From Octopus bimaculoides (Eukaryota): a stretch of 32,403 bases of DNA. Every line of letters starts with the position of its first letter. Position 1 is the first letter of the stretch. The DNA is taken from contig NC_068999.1 in assembly GCF_001194135.2 (NCBI RefSeq), positions 20,013,071-20,045,473 on the forward strand, in the 5' to 3' direction. The notes beneath the pieces are model-generated. The model was given only the letters and a program-made list of their open reading frames with translations, was not told the origin of the DNA and did no database searches. Below are positions 24,270 to 32,403 of this stretch, one piece after another. Made by a program: the position numbers and the translations under genes.

Positions 24270-24565
24270 TTAGTTATTACGGTCACTACTACTACTAACA
24301 ATCGCTGCTACTACTATCACTACTAATGTTGTTGCTGCTACTACTACTGCTATTGTAATAATGGTCACTACTACTGCTGCTATTTCGGTCACTACTACTG
24401 CTGCTATTTCGGTTACTACTACTGCTGCTATATCGGTCACTACTACTGCTGCTGCTGCTTGTACTACTTCCACCCCCTACCACTACAACCAATTAACTAC
24501 TACTACTGACACGGACAGAGGTCACTGCCATTTACCATTGCCAACAGGGACACTACTACTACTAC
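24270..24565. repeat. Cryptic (ACT/GCT)n tract with 24-bp minisatellite
   Basis: ggtcactactactgctgctat(t/a)tc repeated ~3.5 times at ~24363-24450. Confidence 0.9.
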
Positions 24566-24647
24566 AACCAACAAAAAATGCCCCCACGTGGACTATTGAC
24601 ACCAGTAAGGAACAATTATGAACTCTTCATTTATTTCATTTTATTAA

Positions 24648-24691
24648 ATATGTAGTTTTGATAAGGTTCGTTTTTACAAGAACCGAAACAT
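24648..24691 (+). ncRNA. Minimal type-I hammerhead ribozyme candidate, 3' part lost in gap
   Basis: TTGATAA (24658-24664), perfect stem II GGTTC (24665-24669)/GAACC (24680-24684), GAAA (24685-24688), CAT, then N. Confidence 0.6.
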
Positions 24692-24764
24692 NNNNNNNNN
24701 NNNNNNNNNNNNNNNNNNNNNNNNNNNNNNNNNNNNNNNNNNNNNNNNNNNNNNNNNNNNNNNN
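24692..24764. other. Assembly gap
   Basis: N run. Confidence 0.99.
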
Positions 24765-25293
24765 ATATATATATAAGTAAAGTTGTAAGATACAACACGA
24801 GTGGAAAAAATATATGAAAGAAGAAGGTTGGAAATGCAATTTTAAAGATGTTTATTCACTTGACCGGTTTTACTTTTTTAGAAAAAGATTGTAAAATGTA
24901 GAATATAAAGCTTTGTATAAGCTTTGTAGTGTTAAGTACTGGTTGTCACAAAAATATTAAAATACATATATACATTCTCTGATACACACAAGAGAAACAA
25001 CATATTAAAAAGATGGGTCAGTTCCTCTCCAATGTTTTGTAAATTCTTAAATATATCTCCTTATGGGTGTATATATATATATATATACTAAGAAACACTT
25101 CTTTTTGAATGCTCTCTTGTAAACTGTTTTAAACATATTCTTATTATTATTATCAACGAATGTATATATGTATTTTAATACTTAAGCTGTTTTTAATATT
25201 TTCTATTATTATCAAAGAATATATATATGTATTTTAATACTTAAACTATTTTTAAATTTTATTATTATTATCAGAGAATGTATATATGTATTT

Positions 25294-25711
25294 GGCACTA
25301 TCATGCTATTAGCTGTCAGAAGTGAAAGTGCTCACTGCCTGCTAGTGAAGTATCTGTCTGTCTGCCTGTCTGCCTGCATGCTTGTTGCTGGCCTGTCGAC
25401 TCTTTGACTACTGACAGCTAATACCATGACTGGCCGGAGCGAGCTATATGTCTGTCTGTCTGTCTCTCTCTCTATCTATCTATCTATTACTCGAAAGTTC
25501 GCGCGTCCGCGCTAGCTAGTCGTGAGTAGAAAACACAAATTTAATATAAAAACATATTTCCTGAAATTGCAAATTATTTAAAATATAAAAATATAATTTT
25601 CAACAGAGAGAATTTATCAAAATAGAAAACAAATGAAGTTTGAAGTTTAAAAATAATAGGATCGACCACTCAGGACTAGCTAGCGCGGACGCGCGAACTT
25701 TCGAGTAATAG

Positions 25712-25744
<33 letters not shown>

Positions 25745-25893
25745 CAGACATATAGCTCGCTCCGGCCAGTCATGGTATTAGCTGTCAGTAGCCAAAGAAT
25801 CGACAGGCCAGCAACAGGCATGCAGGAAGACAGACAGATACTTCACTAGCAGTGAGCACTTTCACTTCTGACAGCTAATAGCATGATAGCGCC
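25294..25893. mobile_element. 600-bp MITE with ~230-bp TIRs and 8-bp TSD (Merlin-like termini)
   Basis: TIRs 25294-25527 and 25668-25893 begin GGCAC/GGCGC-TATCATGCTATTAGCTG; identical ATGTATTT at 25286-25293 and 25894-25901; 140-bp AT-rich spacer; no ORF. Confidence 0.9.
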
Positions 25894-26193
25894 ATGTATT
25901 TTAATACGTTTGTGACAACCAGTACATAACACAACAAAGCTTATACAAAGCTTTATATTTTAAACATATTCTTATTATTATTATCAAAGAATATATATAT
26001 TTTAATACTTAAACTGTTTTTAACATTTTCTTATTATTATCAAATAATATATATATGTATTTTTATATATGTAATTCAACACTTAAACTGATTTTAACAT
26101 TTTCTTATTATTATAAGAGAATGTACATATGTATTTTAATACTTTTGTGACAGGCAGTACTTAACACTACAAAGCTTACACAAAGCTTTAGAT

Positions 26194-26243
26194 TTTACTT
26201 TTGACAATATTTTTTTCTAAAAACGTGAAACCGGTTAAGTGAA
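26194..26243 (+). ncRNA. Complete minimal type-I hammerhead candidate
   Basis: Stem I TTTACTT (26194-26200)/AAGTGAA (26237-26243); core TTGACAA (26201-26207); imperfect A/T stem II; GAAA (26227-26230); palindrome ACCGGT; site GUU here, GUC in the inverted copy at 24855-24900. Confidence 0.55.
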
Positions 26244-26509
26244 TAATCATCTTTAAAACTGCATTTTCAAACCTTCTTTCATATATATGTGTGTGTGTGT
26301 ATTATGTATGTATAGATATATATACAGGTGTTCTTGTATGTGTATATATTAGAATGCTTCCACACGTAAAAATATTACTACCTCCTATATCTGTATATCT
26401 GTATGGTATATACAGAGGTGAGTAGTTGTGTATGTGTATTCGTACGTTACTCTGAAATTTCCTCGGAAATATGGAGTGTGTCGTAAATTTCATCATCACA
26501 AAAGTTCCA

Positions 26510-26730
26510 AATGATCATTCCTACTATAGGCAAAAGGCCCGAAATTTTGTGAGAGTTGGTTAGTTGATTACATTGACCGCAGTGCATAACTGATATTTAT
26601 ATCATGGACCTCCAAAGGATGAAAGGAAATGTCTACTTTAGAGAAATTTGAACTTAAAACATAAAGAACAGATGAAATGCTGATAAGCATTTTTCTCGGC
26701 CTACTAATGATTCTGCCATCACCCTGCCTT
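26510..26730 (-). mobile_element. tRNA-derived SINE (octopus-type), diverged
   Basis: Minus strand aaggcagggtgatggcagaatcattagtaggccgagaaaaatgcttatcagcatttcatc...gttttaagttcaaatttctc...ctttcatcctttggaggtcc; resembles a recalled abundant octopus SINE head and body. Confidence 0.8.
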
Positions 26731-27804
26731 AAAAATTGTTAATAATAGAACACAGCAATATATTTATTCGGTTTACCTGTTAATCATATCAAGTATATCT
26801 ACATCCTTGTTAGGAAAAGCGATTAAAAAGAAATAATGTATTCTCAGACTTAGAGTTAGTATAGACATCACAACTGGATCGTATAAAAATATGGGATTTC
26901 AACAAAAGAATGATCTAGGACTTAAGAAGAGGAACACCGCACCATCTTCCAGGAAGTGAGAAACCCAGAATGAAAAATAATTCGGTGAAATATAAGAACA
27001 ACCGATGAAGGAGACCCCTACTTTGCCTATTGTAATGCGTTTTATAGTAGAAGTATTAAGGTACATTTGATTCTAACGGAATGAGTTAACTTATTTTATA
27101 ATGCAGGTGTAGATAGAGTTTTTGCCAAAATGATGTTAAGGCCTTAACATGAATGATTTTATCAGAAATGCATTCTACCAATGACTAGCAACTGTAAAAT
27201 GAGGAGAAAAATAACAGATAAACGTCATATTTCAAGAACAGAAAATACAAGAATTCTCTATGATTATAGAATAAAACAAAATATCAGCAACAACAACAAA
27301 ACTAAATTCAACTCTGTTAAAGAACAATGACTGAAAATACATTTGAGAACGCGATGCCTTGAAAGACGGGTAACGAAATTTAAATACAAAACACAAAAAT
27401 AGGACATGAATAGGGATAGGTGTAGAGAGAAATTTGACATTATGTCATAATTTTTTGGGTTTTGTTAAATTTCGTTTTTATAAAAAGGCTATTTATAATT
27501 TTCGAATCTATAATATATACAGAGAATAGTTTAGAAAAGTTGCATTTCCAAAAGGAAGAGAAAAAAATTACTATAACTCCTTTTCTAAAATATATCAAGA
27601 GAACAATATCAAATATATTTTAATACGCCAAGGAGAGATTTACTAGTACTCCTAAGAATTACATTAACGTAGTTCTTGTTGTTAACATTGTTAATATCAT
27701 TGTTATCAAAAGTATTTCATATATACCATATATACGCGCATGAGTTTTATGATCCAGAATAGCAATTTGTTGGAATCATTCCAGGATTTTATTCATTTTT
27801 AAAT

Positions 27805-27807
<3 letters not shown>

Positions 27808-27859
<52 letters not shown>

Positions 27860-27886
27860 AGCTGCAACTGCTTCTGCTGCTTCTGT

Positions 27887-27937
<51 letters not shown>

Positions 27938-27955
27938 AGCTGCAACTGCTTCTGT

Positions 27956-27991
<36 letters not shown>

Positions 27992-28077
27992 AATTACTAC
28001 TATTGCAACTACTGCTACTACTACTAGAACTACCACAACTACTACTACCACCATTAATACTACTACTTCGAGGACTG

Positions 28078-28155
<78 letters not shown>

Positions 28156-28173
28156 TAATAATAATAATAATAA
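27808..28173. repeat. Compound (CTA)n with duplicated cagctgcaactgcttctg modules, then (AAT)n
   Basis: Direct reading; modules at ~27859 and ~27938; (AAT)n ~28077-28173. Confidence 0.95.
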
Positions 28174-28696
28174 TCATTGAGGATATAAACGTCAAATACG
28201 TAAAATACCTATGAATAGATCACGTTGGCCATACAGCAAAATGTAAACAAAGCTGTTATTATTAATTGAAATCTGAATAAACGTTTTAAAATCACGCTTC
28301 AACTGTAATATCAGTAGAGTTGGTTATAAGACCAGAATTCTATAGGATTTAAAAAGTAATATCATCTTTAACTGAATACCAAAACAGGACGCTTGTATGT
28401 ATCAGTTCCTTTTGAAAACGTTGTAATTGAATCTTTATGCGGGTATTTGTTTGTATTTGTTGGGAGAAGTGGAAGGCGATCGCGATGGAAAGAAAGAAAG
28501 AAAAAAAGGGATGGTGGTTATATGGGACGGAGGTATTTTGGTGATGATGCATGTAAAATAAATCCACATAACTTATAAATACCCACAAAACTCAACCAGC
28601 CTTCACACTGGTCAAATTGGATAAACATCACTGTGATAAAAAAAAATCCATTAATCTTATATCGCCTGAAGATATGAATCCATGAAAATGACCTAC

Positions 28697-28724
28697 CCCA
28701 TTCCCACGGATACTACGGACGACA
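28697..28724 (-). CDS. Weak candidate small exon (28 nt)
   Basis: Acceptor tttgtttccacaaatgtacag|, strong donor ggg|gtaggt; GC-rich; reads VVRSIRGNG or SSVVSVGM depending on phase. Confidence 0.25.
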
Positions 28725-28801
28725 CTGTACATTTGTGGAAACAAAATCAATCCAAGGATTATTGTTATTATTACTATATATATATATATATATATATATA
28801 T

Positions 28802-28934
28802 NNNNNNNNNNNNNNNNNNNNNNNNNNNNNNNNNNNNNNNNNNNNNNNNNNNNNNNNNNNNNNNNNNNNNNNNNNNNNNNNNNNNNNNNNNNNNNNNNNN
28901 NNNNNNNNNNNNNNNNNNNNNNNNNNNNNNNNNN
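28802..28934. other. Assembly gap between (TA)n and (TG)n
   Basis: N run. Confidence 0.99.
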
Positions 28935-29689
28935 TGTGTGTGTGTGTGTGTGTTTGTATGTATATATTTTCTTTAGTTTAACTAAAATGTCATAAGATAG
29001 CAGCAGAATACAAATAAAACCAACTTTCAAATACATTTCGATTATAGGCAAAATATATATTTTGTCCTCAACGTAATCTTAGGCGCAAAGAACTCACAGA
29101 CACATACGTATGTATGCATTAAGACTTTAAGAAAATCTTCAGTGAAACGTTAAAAAATACTATGGAAATATGAAGACTGATTTTTTTTTTTTCAATATTC
29201 AATTACAACAACCGTGTGTGGCAGTTCACACTACGTAATTTGATGGGGTCTGATTTTTTTTTTTTAATTTTAGCAGATACTTAGCAAATTGACAATATTC
29301 TGTGAAGAGTTCTGATTGTTATTTAGATAATTCAAGATTTTTTCTAAGCTTATTCAGTCTGAGACTGTCTGGAGATTGACAGATACTGCATCAATATATG
29401 CCATTAATATGACCTTTATCGTACAGGTAAGATCCATTTGAAGTAAACGCCAGAATTATTTTACATTAGTGTCGAAATACATCGTTGAAATTACAATGGT
29501 TTGATTATCGTAGTGACACCGCACCATTGTTTCTTTCCTTTTTTTTCTTGTATTTTATTGTCTGTGTAATGCAGCCAAACTATATATGCATGTAGTTATG
29601 ACGCTGAAGTTGTTCCGGTCAATAAAAATAAAGCTTTGATGATATGGTATGCGGTTCGGTTTAGTGGTCAGAACGTTTGCATTAAACAC

Positions 29690-29715
29690 TCACGCACGCA
29701 CACGCACACACACAT

Positions 29716-29806
<91 letters not shown>
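29690..29806. repeat. (CA)n microsatellite
   Basis: Direct reading of the sequence. Confidence 0.98.
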
Positions 29807-29807
<1 letters not shown>

Positions 29808-31149
29808 GAACGTATGTACAAAAAGACACACACATTCAGAAAGTCATGTATGTGCAAATTATATGAATATGCACAATGTGCTCGGCTCATACAATCCTCA
29901 CAGATGCATACATAAATATACATATACACATACACACCAATATTTGCTTACAACCCTCTTAGTGTATAATTATCATGTTTTTGGTGGGGAGGGGTGTACT
30001 CTAAATTTGCACCGCTATAACTGATTGACATTGTGCTCATCGAACGATTTAATGCCAAGATCCACATGCATGGTGCATATTTGTCTACACATATAGCATT
30101 TTCTATATCGCTTGATATAGTTTGTAGCTTCGTTTGCGGATAGGAGAGCAGGTCGTTATGGTGGTAAGGTTGATGCATTTTACTCATACTTTTTATTCTA
30201 CGTTTTATTCTATTTTTATGTATCATCATAACATCATACTCAATCACAGGTATATAAAGTGAGATCGACGTCCACACACGACGCAGTTAAAAATACTATA
30301 CATTATATACGATCATATACGAATCTACATGTATAAGCTTTACATACCGCCAAAGATGTACATATTGGCATTAATTTGTTCGATGAACAATACTTCAGCG
30401 GACACATGAGAAAATGTGCAGGCCTAGATGTTATTAAGCATACAATAGTAACTGTTTGTTGTGGGGTGTTCATATCCTTTGCATGTATTTGAGTGATGTA
30501 CAGAGTGTGCGTAGATAGGTTCTTTATTACCTTGACATATTAATATGAAAGCTGAACAATTATATTATCTGCCTGCAGCCCAATATAAAAAATTAATGTG
30601 AAATGAAATAAAAATAAAGTTGCTGGACGTGAACACTAATATACACACACATACTGACGCACACACCGAAACACATAGTCCATTCACTAAGGCAAAGGCA
30701 CTAACAATAGCAAAGTTAAATAAACATACACTGTTAACCAATCACAAATTTCACAGAATCTTCACTGTATGGATAATGAGTGCACATACATAATCTCATG
30801 CACGCACAAACACTTGTTCTTTTACACACATATAGAACACAATGTTTCAGACACTATCAAATTGCATGAATCTTGAAATTGAAATAAGTAGGCCGTGAAA
30901 GTTAAGGGAGTAATGATAATATGAGTAACAATGATGGAATATGAATGAAATCATTTAAAAAAAACATGCAGCCTTACACATAGTGGAAATAACGAGAATA
31001 AGTCCAGTGTATGTTCTTCGCAATATTTGTCTTCAAATTACAAAGCATATTCTTGTACAAAATCCATAACTATACAATCAAAATCCCCTAAGTATTACTA
31101 TTACGATAACATATTCTACAGAATTAATACCTAGAGTATGTATGTGTAT

Positions 31150-31400
31150 TATCAGTTATCTGTTTGCCCTCGAAAGAATTGCACTGCAAGGTAGCATCAT
31201 TGGTCTCACATGACTACATGTTTCCTCTGCATCCAGCCATGTAATATTGGTCTCTTTCATGTTTGTTATGAAAGTTCTGCGGCATGTAGGTTTTGGTCTT
31301 CTTTCCTTTTTTCCGACGGTATTATGCATTTGAAATCTCATTAGGAAAGCATTGTTCTGTTAGCCCGAGTACATTATCTGCCACTTTAAATTCTCACTCC
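31150..31400 (-). mobile_element. 3' end fragment of an RTE-clade LINE
   Basis: Minus strand LKWQIMYSG*...GKKERRPKPTCRRTFITNMKETNITWLDAEETCSHVRPMMLPCSAILSRANR* resembles the RTE C-terminus (W.GH..R...GKR.RGRPK.TWRRT...M....TW..AE..A.DR..W). Confidence 0.65.
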
Positions 31401-32403
31401 ACTTTGGTAAATATATAGTAGAATGTCGACCTAAGGCCGAAAAGAGAAATCTTAGGCACGGGATCAATATTCCAACTAAGCACAATAGAAACAGCTAAAG
31501 ACAAAGCAAAAGAACACTAATCATAAAACGTACGGCTGGAAGATGGCAATGATCAACATGTCTCAACAATGACAAACTCTATCAAAAATATATTTCATAT
31601 ATTGACTGTCTGAAACAAACCTGTGATAGTACTCATTCCAAATTAAATTAGTCCATCTTGCTTTGCATTAATAATGCCTTTAGGATTATGTGAATTATGG
31701 TTTATTTGATAGGATATGATTCGAGAGATGTTTAGTTAGTGGCACCCCAGGCCTAGCTGGACTCAGCGTAAAATATATTCACTTTATACTTTCTACCGTT
31801 ATGTCAGCTACCTCGGCTACTCTGGGGCTGTTTGATCAGGTCGAGTAGTTTCGTCTACCACTCTCTTATCACCATAACTTACACAATCTGCACTGTCCGT
31901 CCTTCGCATCATATTGTATCTTTGGAGTTCCCAAAGATGATCGAGTATTATAGTATAATATTAGGTTTAAAGGCAAGGTATATTAATGTATAATTTACCA
32001 ATAACAATAATATTAAAACTGTATTTGTATATTTGCTAAATTTTCTAGAGATATTATAATATAGATTTCCATTGGTCTAGAATTTATTACCAGGAATCAA
32101 TAATTTGTAATACTTGAGTGTTTATAATTAATAATATTATGAGGGTTTTCTCCCTTAGACGGACCTTTATTTAAGGAGGAATTTATTTCAGGAGGAATTT
32201 GAATATGAATAAGACTTAGAGATTATATTTTTGGTGTTTACTTCTTACTTTTTACCCTGAGGATGTGTAAGGTAATTTAATTATTTAACTTGAATTGACA
32301 GTTAAATATAACCTTATACAGAACAGAAATGTTGACATAGGAAATAAACTTCAATAATAATGGATATTACCGTCAAAACTCTCAATTAAATTTTACCTAT
32401 ATA

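Larger units (their letters stand above)
21119..24691 (+). mobile_element. Penelope-like retroelement (Neptune-like), near full length, both ends in gaps
   Basis: N-terminal helical region, NLS..L...E..L.KGLKF.PTP motif, PLE-type RT, Cys-rich linker, GIY-YIG endonuclease, then repeat-rich 3' region ending in a hammerhead-like motif. Confidence 0.93.
24810..26286. repeat. Fold-back: ~175-bp inverted arms (24810-24984 and 26112-26286) around tandem ~57-bp AT-rich repeats
   Basis: atatgaaagaagaaggttggaaatgcaattttaaagatg... is the reverse complement of ...catctttaaaactgcattttcaaaccttctttcatat. ~57-bp unit tattattatcaaagaatatatatatgtattttaatacttaaactgttttt occurs ~3 times at 25120-25293 and ~3 times at 25956-26140. 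Confidence 0.88.

Noticed and set aside
25120-26140. Regularly spaced ~57-bp repeats as a possible CRISPR array
   Set aside because: Head-to-tail degenerate AT-rich tandem units without unique spacers, in a eukaryotic context with no cas genes.
29948-30277. 109-aa minus-strand ORF
   Set aside because: No recognisable domain and no good acceptor; the upstream half is low-complexity. A gtaagc donor near 29950 is insufficient alone.
12050-31400. The 31.2-kb RTE 3' fragment as the missing half of the 12-14-kb RTE
   Set aside because: On the minus strand it lies upstream of the 5' half, which is the wrong order, with no shared TSD or junction evidence.

Overview
AT-rich eukaryotic draft scaffold with 7 N-gaps, dense microsatellites and many TE remnants. 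The SINE families and repeat landscape suggest an octopod cephalopod (inference from recalled families; no search was run). There are no prokaryotic features, rRNA, real tRNA genes or CRISPR. Best-supported content: (1) a near full-length but disabled Penelope-like retroelement (PLE; RT + Cys-linker + GIY-YIG, Neptune-like) at ~21.1-24.7 kb on +; (2) the 5' half of an RTE LINE at ~12.0-14.3 kb on -; (3) an internally deleted Helitron at ~17.1-17.9 kb; (4) a deleted mariner at 4.3-4.8 kb; (5) three tRNA-derived SINEs plus a fragment; (6) a 600-bp MITE with ~230-bp TIRs and an 8-bp TSD, nested in a 1.5-kb fold-back of pLTR-like modules. Hand-called, largely phase-compatible exons suggest the window lies inside a minus-strand multi-exon host gene of unknown identity. 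The most notable signal is a set of minimal type-I hammerhead ribozyme motifs linked to PLE sequences. Three of them have a UUGA(U/C)AA core, i.e. U3-A8 in place of C3-G8. All calls are by eye and need computational confirmation.
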